Shown: positions 13,337-27,044 of the stretch, in pieces
Position numbering within the stretch: the stretch's first letter is position 1
How the letters are laid out: every line of letters starts with the position of its first letter
Origin: Octopus bimaculoides
Taxonomy: Eukaryota
Direction of reading: 5' to 3'
Assembly (NCBI RefSeq): GCF_001194135.2
Contig: NC_068981.1
Location: forward strand, 194,053,769 to 194,103,885
DNA: 50,117 nucleotides
The notes under the pieces: generated by a model
Told to the model about the DNA's origin: nothing
The model's database searches: none
Seen by the model: the letters and a program-made list of their open reading frames with translations, nothing else
Program-made: the position numbers and the translations under genes

Positions 13337-13545
13337 TTAACCCTTTCGTTATTGTATTTATTTTGAGATGCTCTGTGTTTCTTTCAATTATTTTAGATAT
13401 AACAAAGAATTTAGTAAAATAACTTAATTATCATTCAGCTAGTGTTAGGAACATAAATTGTGACCATGGTTTGGTGGAAGATTTTAATTCAAAACTTATG
13501 AAAACAAGACATTTGTACTGCAGAGCCCAAGCCGGTTTCAGCCGG
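13337..13545 (+). mobile_element. piggyBac-like MITE (related to P1), right end truncated
   Basis: Starts TTAA CCCTTTCGTTA; the body matches the 6776 element. Confidence 0.6.
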
Positions 13546-14391
13546 TGAAGGAACCATGTTTTCCTTTAGGGACCCCACACAATCGGTGAAACTCTACAGC
13601 AGCTCAGTGCTCCTGGTGAGATAGCTAACCACTTTGTGGCATAAACTTTCCTCTTAGTTATGTGTGGCTCCAGGATTCAGTCCCACTGCCATCAATATTC
13701 AGCTGATGGAAAGGGCAGAGAAGCTGTCTAATAGGTTGTACCTATTCACAATTGCGAGACTTAACTCATTTCTCTAGTTGATACCACCACTTGGCCCTCG
13801 CTTGCCCTTAATGAGGTCCACTCTGTTGCAAAGATTTTTGACAAGATTTTCAGTCTGAGGTTGAGTTGTGTCATTATTTCTTCATTGTTCCATAAGGGTG
13901 ATTGTGGGGGTTCTACTCTTTCACCTCTGACTATCACGTAACACCTTAATCCTTCGATTACCCTATTTTGGTTAAAATATATGGACTTTGTTTCAGCAAA
14001 CTTTGAAAATACTGAATTTAGTAAAATAACTTTGTCATGAGCATGGCTGTGTGGTAAAAAGTTCCCAGTCACATGGTTCCAGGTTCAGTTCCACTATGTG
14101 GCATTTTGGGCAAGTAGCTTCTACAATAGCCCCAGGCCAACCAAAGCCCTCTGAGTGGATTTCGTAGACAGAAACTGAAAGAAGCCTGTCATTCTTACAG
14201 TCATTCTGCTAGAACTGGTACACAATATTGTTTCAATATTCCCTTTTTCAGTTGATCCTTGCATAGGACATAATTCCAACATTTGTTAACGCTCCTCCTC
14301 TCCCATAGATACAGTCAACCCAATGCTTCATTAGGGCCCAACACACACAACTCACCATGACATTATTTTGAACTTATTGTCTGCACTTTGC

Positions 14392-14440
<49 letters not shown>

Positions 14441-15055
14441 ATCTGATGAGCTTCCACTCATTTTCCACCTACCAAATTTCATAATATGGCGTTAGGAAGG
14501 TCATCCAGCTGTAGAAACTCTGCCAGATCAGATTGGAGCCTTGTGCAGCCATCTGGCACACCAGTCCTCAGTCAAATCGTCCAACCCATGCTAGCATGGA
14601 AAGCAGACATTAAACAACAACGATGATGGTGATGATGATGAAAGCTCTGAAAGTAGACACCTACCAATGAGATTGAACCAGCAACTGATGGTTGTTGAAT
14701 AAACTTTCTTCTTAAAACAAAACGGCCATGACTGAGCTCATTTATTATAACAGATCTGATTGAATGTCATCGGGAAGATTAGTTATAGTGTTGCTTGTAG
14801 TTGTTGTAGATGTTTAGTAGGTCAGTGACTTAGTACTGTAAACATAATAGAATAAATGAACCAGTTATGTGCAGGAGAGCAAGAGGTGGAGGTCTGCCTC
14901 TAAGCTACCAATTGCATCATTGTTCCCCAACCCTTAGGATATAGTCCATGTCTTGTGGAACTTTGACACAATTAGATCTTTTCTTGTTTTTTCATAACAA
15001 TAAACCAAGACCTTTTAAAGTGTCTTTAAAAGGTTTTGCTGTGCTAATGGGAATA

Positions 15056-15384
15056 ACTGCCACTCCACTGGTAACGACAACGAATGTTCCAGTTGATCTG
15101 ATCAGCAGAACAGCCTGCTTATGAAATTAGCATGCAAGTGGCTGAGTATTCCACAGGCACGTGTACTCTTAACATAGTTCTTGGGGAGATTCAGCATGAC
15201 ACAGAGTGTGACATGGCCAACCCCTTTGAATTACAGGTGCAACTCAATTTTTGCCAGTTGAGTGGACTGGAGCAACATGAAATAAAGTGTCTTGCTCAAG
15301 GACACACTGTACCAGTGGGAATTGAACACACAACTTTACAATCAAAAGCTGACTACCCTCACTGCTTAAGGCATATGCCCTCAC
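15056..15384 (-). mobile_element. tRNA-derived SINE family C, CpG-decayed copy
   Basis: Reverse complement of a GTGAGGGC..ATGCCTTAAGCAGT-type head, GTGTCCTTGAGCAAGACACTTTATTTC, and GATCAACTGGAAC body. Confidence 0.8.
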
Positions 15385-15699
15385 TAGCCCTGCGCCTTCA
15401 CTTTGCTCTGCTGAGTCCAGAAGAATCCTTAAAGAGATTTCACATTGATCCTTTTTTTGTTGTATTTCTGTTGAAATTCACTGTCTTCGTTTTAATTAAT
15501 TTTGAAAATAACGAAGAATTTAGCGAAAACAAAGGCAGTGAATTTCACTCTATTATCCGGATATGTGAATAGCATAAATTACAGTAGTCCATTAATCCTT
15601 CTTTATCAGCTACATTGTGACTTCACATAATAACCAAAATGTTTATAAGTCCTTTCACCCTTAAAATATAAACTGCCAACAGCAATATATAAACTGTTA

Positions 15700-15732
<33 letters not shown>

Positions 15733-17838
15733 TGAAAAAGAAGTTTAAAATGTGGATTATCAAATTATATTAACAAACTCTCCTAACTGGATATGTAAAA
15801 TTTTATAATGAAGAATTTAGTGAAATAACTTTGTCATGAAGTTTTTTGGTGAGTGGTTTTGTTTTAAATCACTTTAAAACAGGGAATTTGTATTACAGAA
15901 CCAGGGGTGGTCTTAGATGGATTGATATCAGGAGGGTTAACCAAGACCTTATTGACCAAATTTCCTTACATTCCGTTTCATCATCATCATTTAGCATCTG
16001 TTGTCCATGCTGGCATGGGTTGGACAGTTTGACCGGGGCTGGAAGGCTGCACCAGACTCTGGTTTGATTTGGCATGGTTTTTATGTGCCGCCAGCATGGG
16101 TGCCATTTGCATGACACTGGTATCTGTCATGGCTACAATTTTGCTCAGCTTGATGGGTCTTCTTCTCAAGCACAACATAATGCCAAATGTCTTAGTCATT
16201 GCATTAGTGAGGCCCAACACTCGAAAGAAACTCAGCCACTTTGCCTCCCTGTGGCCCAACACCCAAAATGAGCTCAGACACTTTCCCTCCGTTTAGATAT
16301 AATAGCCTGCACAATGAATATTATTGCAGTGGGTATGGTTTGTGCAGGGCCAGTCTCACTCTCTCATCCTTCAAACTTGTATTGGTCAACTGCAACAAGT
16401 GCTATAAGCTCAGTAGTTATCTGGATTCAGGATTTGCATGGAGTACCCTTCTCTTAGATGAGCAGCTTAAGATCCTCATCGTCCTTTGAGGAGTCTGTGA
16501 GTGACCTTCTTCTGGGGGCAGCTCCATGAAATGCTAATTAGCTGAGACCTTGATAGGTCAGAGTAGACCCAGGAACGGAAGTGGCCAAGGGATGGTTCCA
16601 CACTCCTCAAAACCTGAAACTCTACCCAGGACAGACATTTGCATATAATTAGTCTATATATAGCACTATGTCTTGTGGCACTTTAAGCAGCCTCTCTCAG
16701 ACATTTAGGGCTTAGGTGAAGCCCCAATTGGGAGACATTGATCTACCCCAAAGATGCATTTCAATCCTGATGACTACACAGTTATACCACCTCTGTAAGA
16801 TCTGTGATATGATATATTCAGCTGTAACATCTACGTCTTCTGTTGACTTGTGTCAGAGACATTGTTAGCCACATTCCATAATGCCATTAATTATAGAATT
16901 TTCATGGCTGCGTTTTATTATTGCCCCTTTCAAAGCTGGAATACCGAAAGTCACTGTTTCTCACAGCCATTGTTGGGTTTTACATCCTCACACACCTTTA
17001 GAGCAGAACCAGTGTTAAGAAGACCCACTCGGGGTGTTGTCACTGTTTGCTTCAAGGGACCTGGGAAGCCCTAGTATCAATCGATTAAATCAGACCCAGT
17101 ATTTGATCTTCTGGAAGGATGAACCATAGGATTTGAACTTGGACTATAAATGGCCATAACTAAGTGCTACGCAGCCACAATTCTGCTAATCTACCCCTTT
17201 TTAACATTGTCAATTAGGGAGATTGTTACGACCCTCACCAGGTCAACACTGATCAAGGAAACCTACGGTCACAGATGACAGTGAGTGATTTGAAGGAAAT
17301 TAGGCTGCTATTTCTCGATAGGTTGTGTGAATACATAGAGGTTCACATATAGGCTTATAAATATTATTTATTTGGTGTTATTTGGTGCACAGTGCAGAAA
17401 ATCTGGGACAGATTAAGTGATAAATGCAGAAGCTTCTAATTCATGTTAATAGATAAACAGAATTTATTGGGGGGGGGGCTATTTGATTCCGTTTATTTTT
17501 TTTTTGTTTTTGTTAAACATTTAGTATTTGATGATAAATTTGATCAAATAACAATGGAAACTCCTTGCTAATGAGGTTAATACTTCAATAACTTGTTAGC
17601 AAGGTTAACAATAATAATAAGTTAAATATACTGTGAGAGAGATTAAACTAATTGAAACACTTAGCACAATTGGCATATCTGCTTCTGATTGTGTGTGTAC
17701 ATGCGTGGTTTACAATCATTGTAGATGTAGTAGGGTCAAAGAGTTAAGTTCACTTTACAGCCATAAGATCTCGGGTTCAATCACATTTTGTGACATCTTG
17801 GGCAGCTATCATTTTCAGCCTTTATCTCATGAGTGAAA

Positions 17839-18058
17839 TTCTTATTTCTTTATTGCCCACAAGGGGCTAAACATAGAGGGGACAAACAAGGACAGACAAA
17901 GGGATTAAGTCGATTACATCGACCCCCCCCCCCCAGTGTGTAACTAGTACTTAATTTATCAACCCCCAAAAGGATGAAAGGCAAAGTCGACCTCGGTGGA
18001 ATTTGAACTCAGAACGTAAAGACAAACAAAATACTGCTAACGTTTCTGCCAGCTCACC
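17839..18058 (-). mobile_element. tRNA-derived SINE family M (Meta/MESC-like core) with tail type A
   Basis: Reverse complement of GGTGAGCTGGCAGAAACGTTAG...TTCTGAGTTCAAATTCC.CCGAGGTCGACTTTGCCTTTCATCCTTT..GG.TGATAAATTAAGTAC...GCCCCTTGTGGGCAATAAAGAAATAAG. The core resembles the Meta domain (GTTGACTCAGCCTTCCATCCTTCCGAGGTCG-type). Confidence 0.8.
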
Positions 18059-18389
18059 ACTGAGAAATTCTGTTAGTGGAAACTGTAGAGAAGCCCACTG
18101 AGCAGATTGTTGCTTGTAATTCAAAAGATATAACTTTAACACACAGTGTTGTGCTGGTTCTGCCTAAGAATTAAGTTTAAGGCTACATGTGTCTGGAATA
18201 CTCAGCCACTTGCACAACTGAATCCTCTTCACCTTACAATGGAGGCCCACCACCACCGTCACTACCAAAGAGGTTCCAATGACAGTTCCTGTTGACCATT
18301 TTGACTATGTTTTTTTTATATTATAGGCTTAAGTGATACCTGTCATATGCCAGGTAACTTTTTCCACCATGGGTAATATTGAGTGGTGC

Positions 18390-18547
18390 CACGTATAAAG
18401 TTTGTTTCCTAATCACATGGTTCTCGGTTCATTCTCAGTGTATGGCACCACCTTGAGCGAGTGTCTTCTACTATAGACCCAGGCTAACCATGCCTCGTGA
18501 GTGGATTTGGCAAAGAGAAACTGAAGAAGCCCATCATATATGTATAT
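18390..18547 (+). mobile_element. SINE family A head, continuing into a retroposon at its (TA)n linker
   Basis: Degenerate head through GAAACTGAAGAAGCCCATCATATATG. Confidence 0.7.
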
Positions 18548-19073
18548 ATCGAAATCAAAATGGGAAACTGTAGTTGTGGCCGATACCAGTGCCTCCTGAC
18601 TGGCTCCCATGCTGGTGGCACGTAATGAGCGCCATTCAAACTTGGGTCGATGCTAGTGGCGCCTGACTGGCTCCTTGTGCCAGTAACATGTAAAAAGCAC
18701 CATCCGAACACAGTCGGTGCCAGTCCCCCACTGACTGGGCTCCTGTGCCAGTGGCACATAAAAAGCACCATCCAAATATGATCGGTGCCAGTCCCCCCCC
18801 CCCCCCCCCCCGCCGATTGGCTCCTGTGCCGGTGGAACATAATAAGCACCATTCAAGCGTGGACCGATGCCAGTGCCGCCTGACTGGCTCCCTGTGCCAG
18901 TGGTATGTAAAAAGCATCCAGTACACTCTTGGAGTGGTTGGCATTAGGAGAGGCATCCAGCTGTAGAAACCTTGCTAGATCAGATTGGAACCTGGTGCAG
19001 CCTCCTGGCTTCCCAGACCCCAGTCGAACTGTCCAACCCATGCCAGCATGGAAAGCGGACGTTAAATGATGAT
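18548..19073 (+). mobile_element. Retroposon family V with five tandem units of about 65 bp
   Basis: Five CCAGT..CTGACTGGCTCC..GTGCC.GTGGCAC.TAAAAAGCACC units from 18585 to 18920. Confidence 0.8.
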
Positions 19074-20762
19074 ATATATATATATATGTGTGTATGTATG
19101 TATGTATATATATATATGTATTTTTGGTGTTAGGAAGGGCATCCAGCTATAAAAATCCTGCCAAAACAGTCACAGAAGTCTGGTGCAGGCTTCTGCCTGG
19201 CCGGCTCTTGTCAATCCGTCCCACCCATGCCAGCATGGAAAGCAGACATTAAATGATGATGGTCTGTGTGTTTGACTTTGTTCTCCACCACTTCTTGACA
19301 ACTGGTATTGGTTTGTTTATGTCTCCATAACTTAGTGGTTCAGCAAAAAGAGACCAGTAGAATAAGTACCAGGCTTAGTCAACTCATTTGACTGAAATTT
19401 TCAAAGTGGTGCCCCAGCATGGTTGCAGTCTAATGACTGAAACAAGTAAAAGATGAGAGATGTCCACTAATTATGGTTTAACTTTTAACGAATCCCTTGT
19501 ACAAAATTATATTAATTTTCAAAAGGGTTTTTTTTTAGCCTCGATGCAAATCTCTCGTTTGTACTCCCTCCAACAACTACTGTCATTTATACCTCACCTC
19601 TCCCATCACTATGGTTCTTTCTCTCTCCTCATCCTGCATCTCTTCCATTAATTCTCTCTCTCTCTTTATATAATGTAAAGTATGACTGGCAAAACCAATT
19701 AACATTTGTCTCAGTTATAGAGATTGTTTGTACTAATGAGGTCATTATAACATTGAAACAGGTTCAAAGTTATCTCATACTCATTAACTTGTATTGTTTT
19801 ATTTATTTCTAGTTATTCTCTTCTCTTCTATTTCCTGTATGAACGAGGTTAATTCTAACTTACCTATTGTTTAAAATATTGTTTTTAACTGGTTGTTTAG
19901 TACAAAACACTTGTGACAGTCTTATGTTGTCCTTTTTCATGTGATGGTCAAATATTACAGTTTTGACAAGAGGCTAGCAGTGGCAGCACCAGCTGTGCTT
20001 GTGTGTATAGACTTATATTTTACGAAGCTTACAGGCTTATGACACCTTGTTAATTAAACCACTTCACAAATTAATTAAGTCACTTCATAGTATAAGATGT
20101 GTTAGGTGGGTGGCAATGGGAGGGTTCTGCACTGTGGGGGAAGACAGACAGAGAGAGCAAAGCTTAATTGAAGGAGAAATCCAAACTTCACCATTTGTTA
20201 TTATTCACTACCCTGTTTCAGCAGCGGGGTGGAGTACCCTGACAGACAGACAGACAGTCATACATATATCCATGTGCATTCACACACACTGACCTCGTGC
20301 ATATGTACCCGTTAAACATACACTTGCATAATAATCATCTCTGAATATACAATAGCATTATACACCCACCTTCGTGAACTTTAATACATTCACAGCTCTA
20401 CACGGAGACAGTGAGGAGGCACGGTGAGCTAATAGTTGCGGGCTGACCTAAAATATTTCACTGATAAACTACTAACCACTCTACTACTACTACTACTGGT
20501 GGCAGTGGTGGTGGCAGTAGTAGTAGTAGTAGTAAAAACAGCTGTTGTAGTTTACTTTACAAATCTATATATGGTTGTGCGTATTCAGTGAAGGTTGAAT
20601 GTGATCGATCTTATAAACCTATATATTTCTGTGTGTGTGCGTGTGTGTGCGCTTACCATAACTTGTAGACTGGAAAAGACCAGTTGTATAAATCTATATA
20701 TTATGTATATAATTTTTGAAGGTTGAATAAAGCTATTCATATATAATGTATATTAGTGTTTG

Positions 20763-20793
<31 letters not shown>

Positions 20794-20819
20794 ATTATAT
20801 ATAGATATATATATATATA

Positions 20820-21120
20820 ACCGCCTGACTGGCCTTGTAGGGTTTTCGAGCAAGATCGTTGCCAATGCCCCTGGACTGGCTCTTGTGCGGGTGGCACATA
20901 AAAGACACCATTTCGAGCGTGGCCGTTTTCGTGCGGGTGACACGTAAAAGCACCCACTACACTCTCTGAGTGGTTGGCGTTAGGAAGGGCATCCAGCTGT
21001 AGAAACTCTGCCAAATTAGATTGGAGCCTGGTGTAGCCATCCTGGTTTCACCAGTCCTCAGTCAAATCGTCCAACCCATGCTAGCATGGAAAGCGGACGT
21101 TAAACGATGATGATGATGAT
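20820..21120 (+). mobile_element. Retroposon family V, young copy inside a (TA)n/(CA)n tract
   Basis: CpG-intact; nearly identical to the 1751 and 25300 copies over the 3' 150 nt. Confidence 0.85.
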
Positions 21121-21748
21121 ATATACACACACACATTTAGTGAAGGCACATGGCTTACTGCTTAGGGTGCTGCATTCACAATTGCGAGATCATGGGTTTG
21201 ATTTCCAGACCAAGCTTTGCGTTGTGTTCTTGAGCAAAGCACTTCACTCACGTTGCTTTGCAATCATTTCGACACCTGACATGTATCCAGTTGCACCTGT
21301 ACAGATAATGTCGATTTGGAGGGAGTGAGCTTATGTCTACACAAACATTTGATCACTATAAACAAATCATCTGTGTGGTTGTTCAGTAAGAAATTATTGA
21401 ACCCTCATACATCGTCTAACGATGGTAGAGTCCATTATTATATATACTTGTATAAAGAATATTAGGAGTTTAATTCACTTGTGATCTAAATGAATAGATA
21501 TGCACTATAACAAGTCAACTGTTAGGTTCGAAGGTCAGAGCTAAGGCTAGATATAAGGATCCATGTTAGGGTTCCATTATAGCCTGTATATTATTATATT
21601 AGAGGAAAAATCAAAACCAAGGCAGAATCAGTATCTCAAGTCATTTAGAAAAATTTAATTAAAATTCACCTTACCCTAATTAAATTATTCTAAATGACCT
21701 GAGATGCTCGTTCTGCCCTGGTTTTGATTTTTCCTCTCGTATAATTTT

Positions 21749-21799
<51 letters not shown>

Positions 21800-22398
21800 G
21801 TGTGTGTATAGATTCAGCATGATACAGAATGTGAGAAGGCTGGCCCTTTAAAATATGGGTCCAACTTGTTTCTGCCAGCTGAGTGAACTGGAACCTTGTG
21901 AAATAAAGTGTCTTGCTCAAGGACACAATACACCACTAAATATCGAGCTCCTGACCCTATGATCATGAGTTGGATATCCTAACCACTAAGCCATCATACA
22001 CACCTTCATTTAACTTACGCATTTAAAGTTTCATGGGTATAGCATATGTCCACATCATCAGATGTTTGGAGAAGAGTGGAGAGAAATTAAAAGAATTTTA
22101 AAATGGCTTTTAAGTGAAAGTAGTTCACCCTCCTTTAGATACTAATGTAGGTAAACCAACCACATGGCTTTAGCTGACCGATGGAGGCCTAAATACTCTT
22201 ATCTAAAAGCCATTTTTAATTTCTTTTATATCCCCTTCATTTGAACATCTGATGATATAGACATGTCCTACAGCAATGTGGAATTGAAACGTGTGTATGT
22301 GTGTGTTTTATTATTTCAATGTCTGCCTTTTTTTCATGTGTAGGTTAAATGGAGGTGTGTATGGCTTAATGATTAGGATATTCAGCTCATGATCATGA

Positions 22399-22731
22399 AA
22401 AGCACCATTCGAGTGTGATTATTGCCAGTGCCACCTGACTGGCTTCCATGCCGGTGGCACATAAAGAGCAGCATTCAAGCGTGGTCGATGCCAGTGCCGG
22501 CTGACTGGTCCTGTGCTGGTGGGATATAAAAAGCACCATTCAAGTGTGGCCGTTGCCAGTGGCACATAAAAATCACTCACTACACTCTTGGAGTGGTTGA
22601 CGTTAGAAGGGCATCCAGCTATAGAACCCTTGCCAGATCAGATTGAAGCCTGGTGCAGACTTCTGGCTTGCCAGTTCTCAGTCAAACCATCCAACCCATG
22701 CCAGCATAGAAAGCAGATGTTAAACGACGAC
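22399..22731 (+). mobile_element. Retroposon family V nested in a family C SINE (22351-22398 and 22732-22958)
   Basis: The family C head (GGCTTAATGATTAGG...CTCATGATCATGAA) stops at the insertion and resumes with GTCATGAG...GTCCTTGAGCAAGACAC. Confidence 0.75.
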
Positions 22732-23091
22732 CGTAGGGTCATGAGCTCAATACTTAGTGGTGAGTTCTGTCCTTGAGCAAGACACTCAGCTGGTAAAAAT
22801 GAGTTGTACCTGTAATTCAAAGGGGTCAACCTTGTCACACTCTGTGTCATGCTGAATCTCCCTGAGAACATTAAGGGTATGTATACCTGATAAGTATTCA
22901 TGAGCAGGTTGTTCTGTTGATTGAATCCACTGGAACCCTCATTGGCATAACCGATGAAGAGCCAGGCCAGGGTTAATGAAATTTATTGAGGCAGATTTTC
23001 TAAGGCAGGATTCTCTTCTTGTATCAACCCTCACCTGTTTTTGAGCAACGTAATATTTTCCGTAGTTCTCAGAAGAAACAAATGGTACAAT

Positions 23092-23452
23092 GGCCAGGTG
23101 CGACTGTGTGGTAAGAAGCTTGCTTCCCAACCACATGGGTCTGGGTTCATTCCCACTGCATGGCACCTTGGACAAGTGTCTTCTGCTATAGCCTCAGGCC
23201 GACCAAAGCCTTGTGAGAGGATTTGGTAGACAGAAACTGAAAGATGCCTGTCATGTGTGTCTGTGTTGTCTCCCACCATCACATGACAACCAATGTTGGT
23301 ATGCTTACATCCCCGTAACTTATGCTATCAGTCTCTTTTGCCGAGCTGCTAAGTACTAGGCTTGCAAAGAATAAGTCCTGGCGTCAATTTGTTCGACTAA
23401 AGGCGGTGCTCCAGCATGGCCTCAGTCAAATGACTGAAACAAGCAAAAGAAT
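23092..23452 (+). mobile_element. SINE family A, full length
   Basis: Same modules as 75-460. Confidence 0.8.
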
Positions 23453-23650
23453 ACGTTTCATGGGAGATTGCATACAAAAAACACCATTTATATGACAGGC
23501 ATATTTGTTTACAGTTAGCAATGATACGCACAATAGGCTTCTCTCAGTTTCCATCTACCAAGTCCATTCACAAGGATTTGGTCCTCTTCGGGCTTTAGTT
23601 GAAGACAATAGTTGAGGATGATATGCAGTAGGACTAGCTATATATACATA

Positions 23651-23931
23651 GGTCGTTGCCAGTGCCGCTGGACTGGCTCCTGTGCAGGTGGAACGTAAAA
23701 TACACCATTTTGAGCGTGGCCGTTGCCAGTACCGCCTGACTGGCCTTTGTGCCGTTGGCATGTAAACAGCACCCACTACACTCTCGGAGTGGTTGGCGTT
23801 AGGAAGGGCATTCAGCTGTAGAAACTCTGCCAGATCAGATTGGAGCCTGGTGCAACCAACTGGTTCACCAGTCCTCAGTCAAATCGTCCAACCCATGCTA
23901 GCATGGAAGGCGGACGTTAAATGATGATGAT
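23651..23931 (+). mobile_element. Retroposon family V
   Basis: Two tandem units, V motif, (GAT)n; flanked by TATACATA-type repeats. Confidence 0.8.
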
Positions 23932-25171
23932 ACATACATACATATGATGACGTGACAGTTGAATGGAGCTATTCATATATTTGTGTATCAGCCTGTGTTT
24001 ATAAACGCACTGGCTTTTGAAAGCTGAATAAGACTATTCATGTCATCATCCTATAAACCTCTCTTTCTCTCTCTCTCTCTCTCTCCACCCCCCCCCCACA
24101 CACACACACACAGTGGTATTTGAATGTTGAATAACAGCAATCATTTGTTTCCTTTCGATCTGATATTAAACAGTGTTGCTACTGTTACCTGTCAGTGCAG
24201 TAATCTTGGTTTAGAATTATTTAATTAAAGATAGTTTAGGTTCTTGTTTGATTAATTCCAGACCCACCCCCAGACACAGAGCTACATTATCCAACATATT
24301 CCTATTGTTTCTAGCTAATCAAGCTACTGCATAAAGGCTTCTCCGTTGGCATTCACATACAGACAAGGACCGAAATAACAACAACAAAAAATAGTCTTTA
24401 GACTAAATGGTAAAGATGAATTGTGAGAGGAGGAGGTACAAAAGGAAACAGCACACACACACACACACACATATCATTGTCATGCAACACTGTCTGCCTT
24501 CCATGCTGGCATAGATTGGATGGTTTAAGCTACACCAAGCTCTGTCTGCTTTGGCATGGTTTCTAGGGCTGGGGGCTCTTCCTAACACCAATCTTTTTAC
24601 AGAGTGTACTAGATGCTTTTTTTTATGTGGCCCCAACACCAGTGAGGTCACCAAGTCATTTGCAAGACGATTCCCCCCCCCCATTAAATGAGGTGGGGGT
24701 AGTATTGAGTGGGGTGGCTTTGTGCCAAGTGATGAGAGGTTAGTGTATGAGGGACAGAAATAAGTGTCCTACAATACATGGCTACCTCAGTTGGAAAAAG
24801 AGAGAGAGAAAGTGGAGAGAGAAGTTACAGAGTGGGGTATATTAGTGAAGAGGTACTGAGGATAGGATAGGGGTGAGTGGATGGTTAAGTTTACAAGGTA
24901 TCAAAAGGTGAGTGAGATGATGGGGAGGGAAATGCCGGTGGAGGGAGGGATTGTTAGGAAGATATGTTGTGGGCAAGGAGAAGCTGTGTCAAGTTACTGG
25001 GAGGTGTATACAAGTGAAGTGGTACATATATACAGACACCCTTATGTTACCTCTGGAGGAAGGGCATCCAGCGACACAAAGCACATCAAAGCTGACATTG
25101 GAGCTCAGTGTAGCCCTGTAACTCACCAGATCCTGTCAAACCATTTAACAAATGCCAGCATGAAAAACACA

Positions 25172-25692
25172 TTAACCCTTAAAAAGCTTTCGGATTTCCT
25201 TGTCAAACGTAATCCTTATTTATTCACATTGTTTTGAATTAATCATGGATTATTTTGTAGTTTCAGGTTTTTAATATTGTGTTTCTATATTTTTAGAATG
25301 GCATCGTTGCCAGTGCTGCTGGACTGGCTCTTGTGCGGGTGGCACATAAAAGACACCATTTTGAGTGTGGCTGTTGCCAGTACCGCCTGACTGGCCTTCG
25401 TGCGGGTGACACGTAAAAGCACCCACTATACTCTCTGAGTGGTTGGCGTTAGGAAGGGCATCCAGCTGTAGAAACTCTGCCAAATTAGATTGGAGCCTGG
25501 TGTTGCCATCCGGTTTCACCAGTCCTCAGTCAAATCGTCCAACCCATGCTAGCATGGAAAGCGGACGTTAAACGATGATGGTGATGGTGATGGTGATTGT
25601 AGTGTAGGTATGAGGGGTTAGGCTGAGTCAGTTTAAACATAAAGCAGGTAGAATGTTTGGGTTTAGGTGTGGTGGGATTAGATGTTAGAGGG
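25172..25692 (+). mobile_element. piggyBac-like MITE (family P2) interrupted by a (GAT)n-tailed retroposon
   Basis: TTAA CCCTT start at 25172, CTTATTTATTCACATTGTTTTGAATTAATC body, resuming after 25597 with GTTTAAACATAAAGCAGGTAGAAT. Confidence 0.55.
25300..25597 (+). mobile_element. Retroposon family V, young copy inside a piggyBac-like MITE
   Basis: About 1 difference from the 1751 copy over 150 nt. Confidence 0.85.
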
Positions 25693-26375
25693 TTTGTTGA
25701 TGATATATACACAAGCATCGAAAGTCTTTGAACTGGTGACATTATTAAGACATGTTATGCAAAATAACACTAACACGATAATATCGTGTCCCTTTTGGCT
25801 TTGAGGACGGGGGAAACGAAAAACATGAGACAAAGCCAGAAGAGGTTGCTTAATTCAGGAAAAGAGTGGGATGAAAAAGGGGAAGAGAAGGGCCTTGTGG
25901 TGCTGGAGAGAAGGAAAGAATAGAAGCAAGCTGGGACCACACTTGCTTGAGTGTTGGAAAGGCAACTGGATGTAATGACAGCCGGGTTATGAGAATTGTC
26001 AGTCAATAGCTGGAGACAGGGCAATGGAATTAGATGTGTAAAGATATATGAGAGGTGTAATGGGGATTTGAAAGGTCAGCTTAGATTGTGTAAGCTAAGA
26101 AAGAGGTCGAGGAATTTAATTAGAGGTTGGTATTTGGAAGACTGAAGCATTTCAAGTCTGACAATAAACCTGCTGTCGTTATTGTCACAAGTTAAGGCAA
26201 CAAGCTGAAAGAATTGTTAACATGTCAGAGAAAATGTTTGGCAGCATTTCTTATGTTTTGTGTTCAAACTCTGCCGAGGCCAACTTCAGGGTTGGTAAAA
26301 CAATAACTAGTTGGGCACTGGAGTTGATGTAATTGACTTACTCTTCCCTCCACAAATAAAAAAAAATTTCAGGCC

Positions 26376-26761
26376 ATGCTCGAGGGGACCTGTTGAATCA
26401 AGTACATCGAAACCAAAATCAAATGGAAATTGTAGTTGTGAGCCCCGTGCCAGTGGCATGTAAAAAGCACCATCCGAACGTGGCTGATGCCAGTGCCACC
26501 TTGACTGGCTTCCATGCCAGTGGCACATAAAAAGCATCAACTGATTGTGGTTGTTGCCAGCCCCCTGTGGGCCCTGTGCTGGTGGCACGTAAAGAGCACC
26601 CACTACACTCTCGGAGTGGTTGGCATTAGGAAGGGCATCCAGCTGTAGAAACTCTGCCAAATCAGACTGGAGCCTGGTGCAGCCTCCTGGCTTCCCAAAC
26701 CCCAGTCCAACCGTCCAACCCATGCCAGCACGGAAAATGGACATTAAACGATGATGATGAT
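26376..26761 (+). mobile_element. Retroposon family V, long copy; other copies at 461-625 (-), 11570-11790 (-), 14487-14640 (+), 15980-16100 (-), 19125-19260 (+), 24470-24660 (-), 34170-34310 (-), 35749-35860 (+) and 38757-38925 (-)
   Basis: Shared V motif and tail in either orientation. Confidence 0.8.
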
Positions 26762-27044
26762 GTGCATATAGGAGAAAGGATTATTATTATCAGCAATTAA
26801 GGTGACCATCTGATAGAATTATTAGTATTAGTCAAACAAGGCTTAGTTGTGTGTTTTTTTTTTTTCCAGCTCTTTACATTCTGAGTTCAGATACTGCCTA
26901 GGTCAACTTTAACTTTCACCTTTCTGGGGGTCAGTAAAATAAAGTACCAGGGTCATGTAATCGACTAGCCCCTCCTACTGAAATTGCAGGCATTGTGTGA
27001 AAGTTTGAAACAATTATCAAAAGTTGCCCCCTCGATAACTTCAG

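Noticed and set aside
13571-13616. 46-nt plus-strand exon candidate (TTTTCCTTTAG...CTG|GTGAG) ending in TG, as needed for the RING upstream exon
   Set aside because: In the required phase it reads stop-NSTAAQCS-C, giving C-x-C rather than C-x2-C plus an in-frame TGA. It may still be a non-coding exon.
18548-18930. Regularly spaced repeats that superficially resemble a CRISPR array
   Set aside because: The whole unit repeats with no unique spacers, there are no cas genes, the context is eukaryotic, and the same units recur in many retroposon copies.
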